A DNA stretch of 57,637 nucleotides, from NCBI GenBank assembly GCA_965226375.1, contig CBDDCX010000003.1:1-57637 (forward strand), read 5' to 3'. The notes under the pieces were generated by a model, which saw only the letters and a program-made list of their open reading frames with translations, did not search any database and was not told the DNA's origin. This DNA comes from Longimicrobiales bacterium. GTDB taxonomy: Bacteria > Gemmatimonadota > Gemmatimonadetes > Longimicrobiales > Gaopeijiaceae. Within the stretch, counting starts at the first letter, position 1. Each line of letters begins with the position of its first letter. A program made the position numbers and the translations under genes. This document shows, one piece after another, positions 21,215-29,373 of this stretch.

Positions 21215-22645
21215 GTGAACAGAAAGGTTCCCGTCGTGACGAAAAGCAAGTTCAAGGTCCCACACACGCTGGTTCTCCTCTTCGGGATGGTGATCCTGGC
21301 CCAGGTCCTCTCATACGTGCTTCCGGCGGGGGCGTTCGAACGAGCGGAGAATGCCGCCGGACGACTCCAGGTGGTGCCCGGCAGCTTCCAGCTCACCCCG
21401 GACGCTCCGGCGTTGTCGCCCCTGGCCAGCCTGACGGCCATTCCCAAGGGTCTCAGCGGGGCACACGAGATCATCTTCTTCGTCTTCATCATCGGGGGAG
21501 CGTTCGCCGTTCTCAAGGCCACGGGGGCCGTGGATGCCACCATGGGAGCCCTCCTCAGACGCTGGGCGGACCGACCCTTCTGGTTGGTGGTCGGCGGGGT
21601 CACCCTGTTTGCTCTCGGGTCGAGCACCATCGGGTTCGGCGAAGAGTATTTTCCCTTCGTGCCCGTCCTCGTCACCCTGGCTCTGGCCCTTGGATACGAC
21701 AGGGTCACGGCAGTGGGGATCATCATGGTGGGGTATGGCGTCGGCTACGGCGCTGCCCTCATCAACCCCTTCACCGTTCTCCTCGCCCAGGACATCGCGG
21801 GACTCCAACCCGCATCGGGGCTCTGGTACCGTATGGTGCTCATGGTCGTCTTCCTGCCGATTGGCATTCACCACGTCTGGTCCTATGCGAAGAAGGTGGG
21901 GCGGGATCCCGCGGCGAGCCTGGTGGCCGACGTGAGCGCGCCCGAAGGCATGTCGATCTCCAGTGGCGGAGATGGGGAGGCCGGGGCAGATCATCATCCG
22001 ATGACCATTACGCACAAGCTGATCCTGGCCGCCGTTGGCATCTCGCAGATCGTGCTTGTCTTCGGGCTGAGCCAGTGGCAGTGGTTTCTGGTCGAGATGC
22101 AAGCACTCTTCGTCGCTCTCACAGTGGTCATTGCCGTCATCGCCCGCATGAGCCCCGACCGCGCAGCGGTGGAGTTCGGCACGGGCGCAGCGAGCTTCAC
22201 AAGCGTTGCCCTGTTGATCGGTGTGGCCCGGGCCATCCAGGTGGTGCTGAGCGAGGGCGGCATCGTGGACACAGTGGTCCACGGCATCAGCCTTCCAATT
22301 CAGGAGCTGCCAGGGGCGCTCTCCGCTGTCGCGATGTTCTTCGTTCAGAGCCTCGCCAACTTCTTCATCCCCTCGGGAACCGGTCAGGCCTTTGTCACCA
22401 TGCCGATCATGGCGCCCCTGGCCGACCTCGCGGGCGTGAGCCGGCAGGTGGCGGTACTGGCCTTCCAGTTCGGCGACGGGTTCAGTAATATCCTGCTTCC
22501 CACCGAAGCCGTGCTCGTGGGAGTCCTGCTCCTGGCGGCGATCCCGTACGACCGATGGGTGCGATTCATCCTGCCCTTCATGGTGAAGATCTGGATCGTG
22601 GGCTCGATCGCATTGGCCGTGGCCGTATGGATCGGATATGCCTGA
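21215..22645 (+). CDS. YfcC-family (DcuC/AbgT-like) membrane transporter
   Basis: [31 protein letters not shown] and [10 protein letters not shown] motifs; many TM segments. Start may be GTG 21236. Confidence 0.9.
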   Translation: MNRKVPVVTKSKFKVPHTLVLLFGMVILAQVLSYVLPAGAFERAENAAGRLQVVPGSFQLTPDAPALSPLASLTAIPKGLSGAHEIIFFVFIIGGAFAVLKATGAVDATMGALLRRWADRPFWLVVGGVTLFALGSSTIGFGEEYFPFVPVLVTLALALGYDRVTAVGIIMVGYGVGYGAALINPFTVLLAQDIAGLQPASGLWYRMVLMVVFLPIGIHHVWSYAKKVGRDPAASLVADVSAPEGMSISSGGDGEAGADHHPMTITHKLILAAVGISQIVLVFGLSQWQWFLVEMQALFVALTVVIAVIARMSPDRAAVEFGTGAASFTSVALLIGVARAIQVVLSEGGIVDTVVHGISLPIQELPGALSAVAMFFVQSLANFFIPSGTGQAFVTMPIMAPLADLAGVSRQVAVLAFQFGDGFSNILLPTEAVLVGVLLLAAIPYDRWVRFILPFMVKIWIVGSIALAVAVWIGYA

Positions 22646-22656
22646 GAAACGGGAGC

Positions 22657-23415
22657 TCAACGGCCAGCGGTCACGCCACCATCAATCGCTAGCGCGGCAC
22701 CCGTGACGTAACCCGCTTCGGATGAAGCCAGATAGAGGACCGCCTGACTGATCTCGGCTGGCGTTGCGATGCGCTTCATCGGCGCGTAGTCGATCATCGT
22801 CTGCTCGGCCGCGGCCGGGTCTTCCTTCTTGTCGATGTTGTCGCGGCGGATCATGTCGGTATCGACATAGCCCGGGCATACGCAATTGACCCGTACGTCT
22901 GGCGCGATCTCCAACGCCATGGCACGGGTCATGTTGACGACCCCTGCCTTCGCCGCGCAGTACACGGCGATCCCTGCAAACCCCATCAGCCCGGCATCCG
23001 AGGCGATGTTGACGATGTTGCCGTTGGACTTGCGCAATTCAGGCAATGCCGCGCGGTAGCAGAAGAAAGTGCCCTTCAGGTTGACGTCGAGTTGAGCGTC
23101 CCACATCGCCTCGTCGCTGTCCTCGATGGGTCTAGCCGACACGATACCGGCGCTGTTCACCAGAATATCGAGCCCGCCCAAGGCGTCGTACGCAGTGCCC
23201 ACTACCGACTCGCAGCCAGGAACGGTTCCGATATCGCCGGGCGCTGCGGCCAGGGGCGCACCATCGCCCAGTCTCTCCCTGGCGGCGCTCACGGAGTGCA
23301 TTGTTCTGCCGTTGATGGCGACGCGGGCGCCAGCGTCGACAAAGGCCTTGGTAATCGCAAAGCCGATGCCCCGACTGCTACCCGTTACCAAGACTCGCTT
23401 GTCGGTGAAATCCAT
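22657..23415 (-). CDS. Short-chain dehydrogenase/reductase
   Basis: TGSSRGIG, NSAG and YCAAK motifs. Confidence 0.95.
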   Translation of the reverse strand: MDFTDKRVLVTGSSRGIGFAITKAFVDAGARVAINGRTMHSVSAARERLGDGAPLAAAPGDIGTVPGCESVVGTAYDALGGLDILVNSAGIVSARPIEDSDEAMWDAQLDVNLKGTFFCYRAALPELRKSNGNIVNIASDAGLMGFAGIAVYCAAKAGVVNMTRAMALEIAPDVRVNCVCPGYVDTDMIRRDNIDKKEDPAAAEQTMIDYAPMKRIATPAEISQAVLYLASSEAGYVTGAALAIDGGVTAGR

Positions 23416-23474
23416 GTCGATTCCTCTGGAGGTTATCGAGATACGCGTCCGATCGTGACCGGTGGCTCAGTCCC

Positions 23475-23813
23475 GCGCGGCGCGCGGGTAGCCCTGCGCA
23501 CTCGAACGGTGATCGTGGTGGCTCGTCGCGCGGACGACGAAAGCACTGCACCGACCCTCCGCAAGGGAGTCGAGGACACGCTATTCACGTCGGCCGAACA
23601 GAACCAAATAGCCTCATGACTGTTGCCTTGCCAAGGAGGCGATTCGATGCGACCGTGGATCCGTCCGATCACCTTGATCGGAGCCGCAGCGTGCACCGAA
23701 GAGACTCCGCCCAGGCTCTGCGGGGAATGGAGCCGATGTCAGCGACGCGGACTGAGGGAGTAACGGTGGGATTCGTTCTCAAGACGGGAGAGGGTGAACC
23801 GCTGCTGAGCGGC
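23475..23813 (+). repeat. Diverged direct repeat, copy 1 (upstream region plus truncated cupin 5' end)
   Basis: Colinear with 28606-28943; homology stops abruptly after ...CCGCTGCTGAGCGGC. Confidence 0.93.
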
Positions 23814-23840
23814 TATGCGGGCCCAGCGTCGGAATCGCAA

Positions 23841-23858
23841 CAGTTTTTGGCACAGTTT
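23841..23858 (+). repeat. 18-bp motif CAGTTTTTGGCACAGTTT, putative integrase arm-type site (second exact copy 26642-26659)
   Basis: Exact 18-bp duplicate seen directly; the arm-site role is inferred. Confidence 0.7.
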
Positions 23859-23911
23859 AGGAAGCGTCCGCTCAGCAATAGGAGAATAAAGCATCGTGAA
23901 ATAAGGACTTA

Positions 23912-23952
23912 CGGGACGTGGCGCAGCTCGGTAGCGCACCTGAATGGGTTCA
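23912..23952 (+). pseudogene. tRNA-Pro 5'-half fragment (probable att core)
   Basis: CGGGACG-TG-GCGC-AGCTCGGTA-GCGC-A-CCTGA-ATGGGT-TCA gives the acceptor 5' strand, full D arm and anticodon arm (loop one base short). No T arm follows, even after removing IS630. Confidence 0.8.
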
Positions 23953-24033
23953 CCCTAGTGCTGTGTAGCCAAAGTCTCTTTCGCTTTGCTGACCTTGGCG
24001 ATGATGGATTGTGCAGAGGCGGTCCAGACAAAG

Positions 24034-25490
24034 GAAGCTGTCCCAACCGTAGTTGAAGGTTCCTGATAGGGGAGAAAGAAAAGTGGTGGCTCCGGGGGTC
24101 CCGGGCCGATAGGCTCGGGTAGGTAAAAACCCCAACACGGAGCCACCACGATGAAGAGAACGTACGAGGTAAGGGATCGGGCGGACAAGCGCGCGATCAG
24201 GGAGTTCCTGAAGCGGGAGGGGCAGTTTCTGCTTCCGATGCTTGAGCTCGTGGAGCAGACGGAGGTCGCGATCGACGAAGTCATCCAGGTGATGGGACGA
24301 GCGACGATCGAAGCGGTGCTGGAGATGAGCGCCGAGGGTGTGGCAGGCGTGAAGCAGGCAGGTCGGTCACGAGCGGAAGACGACACGGTGTGGTATGGCC
24401 GGCAGGGTGGTGTGGTTTACCTGTCGGACCGGAAGGTGCGTGTGGAGCGGCCACGGCTCAGGCGCCGGGGCGCCGGGGAGGGTGGCGAGGTCGAGGTGCC
24501 GGCGTACGCAGCGATGCGGAGACCGGGCGCCGTGGCGGATCGGATGCTCGAGGTCCTGATGGCGGGGGTGAGCACGCGGAAGTACGGCCGTGTGATCGGT
24601 GAGATGGCCGACACGGTCGGGGTGAGCAAGTCGGCGGTGAGCCGTGAGACGGTCGAGGCCTCGGAGCGCGTGCTGAAGGAGCTGATGGAGCGCCGGCTGG
24701 ATGCGTGGGACCTCCTGGTGATCTACCTGGACGGGATCCAGATGGGCTCGCACCACGTGCTTGCTGCGGTAGGCGTGGACTCAGACGGAAAGAAGCACGT
24801 GCTGGGCGTGAGGGAAGGAGCGAGTGAGAACGCCGAGGTGACCAGCGCGCTCCTAGAGGATCTGGTCGAGCGCGGCCTGGACCCGGGCAGGCGGCGGCTG
24901 TTCGTGATCGATGGCTCGAAAGCGCTCAGGAAGGCGATCGAGAAGGTGTTCGGCCAACGTCACCCCATCCAGCGCTGCCGCAACCACAAGCTCCGCAACG
25001 TGCTGGGTCATCTGCCGAAGGATCAGCATCCTCAGGTGAAGGCGGCGTTCCGGGCGGCGATGAAGCTGGACGCGAAGCAGGGCGAGCAGAAGCTCGAGCA
25101 GCTCGCCCGATGGCTCGAGCGCGACCACCCCTCGGCCTCGGCCAGCCTACGCGAAGGCCTCAGCGAGATGTTCACGATCAACCGGCTCGGCCTCCCGCCG
25201 CGGCTGAGGAAGTGCCTGGGCTCGACCAACCTGATCGACAGCACCCACTCGGGCGTAAGACAGAAGACCCGCAGGGTGACCAACTGGAAGAACGGAGCGA
25301 TGGCCTTGCGCTGGGCTGCGGCCTCGTTCGTGGAGACCGAGAAGAGCTACCGGAGGATCATCGGCTACGACCAGCTCTGGATGCTCAGGGCCCACCTCGA
25401 CGACCATGAACCGGTTGCCGAAATGAGAAAGGCAGGCTAACAAGGAGACTCTCCGGAGCCACCACCTTCAACTGTCAGCGGGACACCATC
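24034..25490 (+). mobile_element. IS256-family element, apparently intact
   Basis: 27-bp imperfect IRs (GAAGCTGTCCC...AGTTGAAGGT vs GATGGTGTCCC...AGTTGAAGGT); 8-bp TSD AGACAAAG at 24026-24033 and 25491-25498. Confidence 0.95.
24151..25440 (+). CDS. IS256 (Mutator-type) transposase
   Basis: GVSTRK, YLDG, VIDGSKAL, QRCRNHK and STNLIDS motifs. Confidence 0.95.
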   Translation: MKRTYEVRDRADKRAIREFLKREGQFLLPMLELVEQTEVAIDEVIQVMGRATIEAVLEMSAEGVAGVKQAGRSRAEDDTVWYGRQGGVVYLSDRKVRVERPRLRRRGAGEGGEVEVPAYAAMRRPGAVADRMLEVLMAGVSTRKYGRVIGEMADTVGVSKSAVSRETVEASERVLKELMERRLDAWDLLVIYLDGIQMGSHHVLAAVGVDSDGKKHVLGVREGASENAEVTSALLEDLVERGLDPGRRRLFVIDGSKALRKAIEKVFGQRHPIQRCRNHKLRNVLGHLPKDQHPQVKAAFRAAMKLDAKQGEQKLEQLARWLERDHPSASASLREGLSEMFTINRLGLPPRLRKCLGSTNLIDSTHSGVRQKTRRVTNWKNGAMALRWAAASFVETEKSYRRIIGYDQLWMLRAHLDDHEPVAEMRKAG

Positions 25491-26729
25491 AGACAAAGGG
25501 TGTGGGGTTATCGTTTCTGCGATCGATGTAGTGGTTGATCGCCTCGATTAGTTGGTCCACGCTGGTGACGGCGAGGCGCTTGAGCTGACGAGTCGTGAGT
25601 TCGCTGAAGAAGCGCTCGACGAGATTGAGCCAAGAGGATGAAGTGGGAATGAAGTGGAAGTGGACCCGAGGGTGTTTGTCGAGCCACGCCCTGACGGCCG
25701 GATGCTTGTGGGTGGCGTAGTTGTCGAGAATCATGTGGATGTCGAGTTCGGAAGCCACGCTGCGCTCGATCTTGCGGAGGAACCGCAGAAACTCCTGATG
25801 CCGGTGGCTCGGCAAGCACTCGTGGACGACCTCCCCGGTGGCTACGTCGAGGGCAGCAAAGAGTGTCGTCGTGCCGTGACGTTTGTAGTCATGGGTCATG
25901 GTTCCAGCGCGCCCCTTCTTGAGGGGAAGACCTGGCTGGGTGCGGTCGAGGGCTTGGATCTGGCTCTTCTCGTCGAAAGCGAAGACAACGGCCCGCTCCG
26001 GGGGATCGACGTAGAGACCCACCACGTCGCGCAACTTTTCAACGAAGTGAGGATCAGTGGACAGCTTGAAGTACTCGATGCGGTGGGGCTGTAGTCCATG
26101 AGCCCGCCAGATCCGCGAGATGGTGGTCGGATGGACGCCCACTTCCTTGGCCATGAGACGGCAACTCCAGTGCGTGGCGTCTGCGGGCTTCTCCTCGAGG
26201 GTCTTGCGGACGATCTCCGCTTCGTCGTCCGGAGTGATCTTGCGGGGTCGACCCGAGCGTGGTCGGTCCTCGAGCAGCTCTTCAACGCCACCTGCCTCGT
26301 ACCGGTCGAGCCACTGCGTGACCGTCGGCCTCGATACGTCCACCTCCCGGCAGATCGCCGACCCCGACCGTCCCTCGGCAGAGCAGAGAACGATGTTGGC
26401 CCTTTCGACCACGCGTTGCGGTGTGGTCCGTTTGTTCACCAATCGCTCCAAGCGCCTGCGTTCTCCTCGGCGCAACCGAATCCTACGCACTGGAAGTCCC
26501 ATGCGAAGAATCTATCGCATGTATTTGTTATGCAAAAGATTTCTGCTACACTATACTAGCGGCGTCGGTGGGCGTCGGCAGGCGTTGGAGTGACTAGAAA
26601 TCTGCGTCAGCGAAGTGTGCCAGAGTCGGCCGGTATCGACGCAGTTTTTGGCACAGTTTTGAATCGCCGGGCTTCAGGAGGTGCCACCGCGACGAGCACG
26701 TGGAGTTTCGGATCGAGCACCACGAAGAC

Positions 26730-27999
26730 TGAGGTGCCCCCAGTTGCGGTACCACTTCCTATGTTAGACCCCGAGCCATCGGTGGTCCCTGGAGTTGGGG
26801 CATCCTGAGGAACCAGGGCGATGGTTTTATCGTCTCTGGGGCGGGGGGTAGTCCGCCGTGGGCACGATGGGGTCGGACGGTATTGTACAGCCGCCTCCAC
26901 TGCTCGACGAGTACCGTTGCCTCGGGCAGTGTGTAGAAGATCTCTCCGTTCAAGAACTCGTCTCTCAGTTTGCCGTTGAAGCTCTCGTTGTAGCCGTTCT
27001 CCCACGGACTGCCCGGCGCGATGTAGAGGGTCTGGACCCGCAGCCTGGCCAGCCATCTCCGCACCAGTTTCGCCGTGAACTCTGGCCCGTTGTCCGAGCG
27101 CAGATGCTCGGGCGGACCGTGCCGAGCGAAGAGATCGGTGAGCACCTCGAGAACGTCGTGAGCTCGAGTCTTTCGACCGACCTTGATCGCCAGACACTGC
27201 CGCGTGTACTCGTCGAGCACGGTCAGAAGCTTCAGCGCACGGCCGTCATGGGTCCTCGTGCTTACGAAGTCGTAGGACCACACGTGATTCTTGTGCAGTG
27301 GCCTGAGCCGGATGCACGAGCCATCGTTGAGCCACAACCGACCCCGTTTCGGTTGCCGTCTGGGCACTTTCAGCCCCTCCTGCCTCCAGATACGCTCCAC
27401 ACGCTTGTGGTTCACCTCCCAGCCCTCGATACGCAGCAGGTTCGTGATCTGGCGATACCCGTACCTGCCGAACCGGCTCGCCAACCGTATCACGTCCGTG
27501 CGTAGCGCCTCCTCGTCGCCAGGTAGCTTCTTCACCCGGCGCTGCGTCGAGCGCGGCTGACCCAGTACGTGACACGCGTGACGTTCACTCGCCCCGAGTC
27601 GCTGACGTACATGCATCACGCACCTGCGTCGGCGCTCGGGGCTCAGAAGTTTCCCTTGGTCGCTTCCTCCAGGATCAGCTTGTCCACCGTCAGGTTCGCC
27701 ACCGCTCGCTTTAGCCGTGCGTTCTCCTTCTCCAGCTCCTTGAAGCGTCGAGCTTGATCCACCTTCATCCCCCCGAACTCCTGCCTCCACCGGTAGTACG
27801 TCTGCTCGCTGATCCCCAACTCCCGGCTCACCATCGCCACCGTTTTGCCGTTCGCCAGACCCACCTCCGCCTCTCTCAATGCCGTGATGATCTGCTCCGG
27901 CGTGTGTCGTCTCCTACTCATTCTGACCTCCTCCCTGATAGCTGCGACCAAAGCCGCATCCTAACATCAACTTTGGTCTCGTTTCAGGGGGTCACGTCA
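26730..27999 (-). mobile_element. IS3-family element (IS407-group-like)
   Basis: TG...CA ends with IRs TGACGTGACCCCC vs TGAGGTGCCCCC; orfA/orfB arrangement; no flanking TSD (AGAC vs CACC). Confidence 0.92.
26759..27921 (-). CDS. IS3 transposase OrfAB (orfA 27643-27921; orfB 26759 to about 27655; programmed -1 frameshift)
   Basis: OrfA HTH (ISEQTYYRW); GGGAAAC slippery heptamer at 27655-27649; Orf[14 protein letters not shown] and [10 protein letters not shown] motifs. Confidence 0.92.
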
Positions 28000-28456
28000 C
28001 ACCGTCGGTGGATTTGTAGACCCCGTCCCCGGGCGAAATGAACTGTCGTGGAAGCCCCTCACCCGTCCCCACGAAGATTACGTTGGGATCCGATAGGGAC
28101 ACGTCCAGGGCTCCCACAGATGGGAAATTGAAGAAGCCGTCGGACACGTTGCGCCAGTGCCTTCCAGCATCGGTGGTCTTCCAGACTCCGCCGTGGCCAG
28201 CCCCGAAATAGTAGACGAAGGGGTCGCTGGTATCTCCGGCCACTGCAACGACACGCCCTCCACGGTACGGCCCAACGAACCGCCACTCGAGGGCCGAGAG
28301 AAAGCTGGCATCCACGCTGGGGAACTCGGCGAGGACGCCTTCGCCCATGCCCGCGTCACTGGAGTTGCCACTGCATCCGAACAGGGAAAGGAGGGCAATA
28401 ACCGCACCGGAGCGCGTGATCGAGCCGACTCGAGTGACAAGGCGAATCACATTCAT
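28000..28456 (-). pseudogene. 5' fragment of a BNR/VPS10-repeat glycosyl-hydrolase-like lipoprotein, truncated at the IS3 end
   Basis: LFGC lipobox, WRFVGPYRGGR, GGVWKTTDAG, VGTGE and GVYKSTDG motifs; stops at the IS end. Homologues are normally about 1000 aa. Confidence 0.88.
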
Positions 28457-28605
28457 GGCCATCTCCATGGTCAGGGCGTGGAGACCCGGCCCAGGTTGGG
28501 CAATCTCACGCCGGATCTTCAGGGGAGAGAGACTAACTACTCTCGACGAACCTCGCATACAAGCAGGCCTTATCGGCAGCCATAGCATGGGTTTACAACA
28601 TGGTG

Positions 28606-28943
28606 GCGCGGCGTGCGGGTAGTCCTGCGCTCTCGAACGGTGATCGTGGTGGCTCGTGGTGCTGATGAAGAAAGCAGTGAACCGACCGTCCGCAAGGGAG
28701 TCGGAGACGCGCTATTCACGTCGGCCGAACACAACCAGACAGCCTCGTGATTGTTGCCTTGCCAAGGAGGCGATTCGATGCGACCGTGGATCCGTCCGAT
28801 CACCTTGATCGAGCTGCAGCGTGCACCGAAGAGACTCCGCCCAGGCTCTGCGGGAGATGAAGCCGATGTCAGCGAGGCGGACTGAGGGAGTAACGGTGGG
28901 ATTCGTACTCAAGACGGGAGAGGGTGAACCGCTGCTGAGCGGC
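28606..28943 (+). repeat. Diverged direct repeat, copy 2
   Basis: Colinear with 23475-23813 and continues into the cupin gene. Confidence 0.93.
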
Positions 28944-29339
28944 ATTGTCGTCAAAGCATCGCCGAAGACCGGGACGTTGGGCCCTTTTCTGGTTGAACAG
29001 ACATTCCAGCGGGGATTTACAACGAATCTTCACACTCACGAACAGGGCGACGAGTTGTTCTATGTCGTGTCAGGTCGGGGCACCGCGACGCTGGAGGACG
29101 AGACCGAAGCGATTGAGCCTGGTGACGTGTTCTTTGTGCCACAGAGCGCAGTTCACCGCATCGCGAACCTGGACGATGACGAGCCCCTAAAGGTCGTCTA
29201 TTTCATGGACAGTCCGGAATTGGTCGAGCAATTTCGGGCGCTTCACGAGCGCGCTACATCGGAGCCGGATCGACCGATTACGCCGGAAGAGAGGGCCGCG
29301 ATTGAAGAGCGAACTGGCGGTTCTACGGCGGTGCGATGA
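28821..29339 (+). CDS. Cupin-domain protein (start uncertain)
   Basis: HTHEQGDELFYVVSG...PGDVFFVPQSAVH cupin motifs. The AAGGAGG-ATG at 28778 is out of frame, so the leader may be frameshifted. Confidence 0.85.
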   Translation: MHRRDSAQALREMKPMSARRTEGVTVGFVLKTGEGEPLLSGIVVKASPKTGTLGPFLVEQTFQRGFTTNLHTHEQGDELFYVVSGRGTATLEDETEAIEPGDVFFVPQSAVHRIANLDDDEPLKVVYFMDSPELVEQFRALHERATSEPDRPITPEERAAIEERTGGSTAVR

Positions 29340-29373
29340 ATCCTTTGGCCATGTTTAACGCATCACCACCTGG

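Larger units (their letters stand above)
23955..26502 (-). pseudogene. IS630 transposase, split (25491-26502 and 23955-24033)
   Basis: FDEKSQIQALDR, DYKRHGT, LDNYATH and SWLNLVE motifs; ...NPTPFV resumes as WTASAQSIIAKV...LATQH on the far side of IS256. Confidence 0.92.
23958..26556 (-). mobile_element. IS630-family element interrupted by IS256
   Basis: Imperfect IRs (CTAGTGCTGTGTAGC vs CTAGTATAGTGTAGC), TA duplication in a CTAG context at 23955 and 26556. Confidence 0.9.

Noticed and set aside
23912..23990. Functional tRNA-Pro, or a tRNA merely split by IS630
   Set aside because: No T arm or 3' acceptor strand on either side of the IS, and the anticodon loop is one base short.
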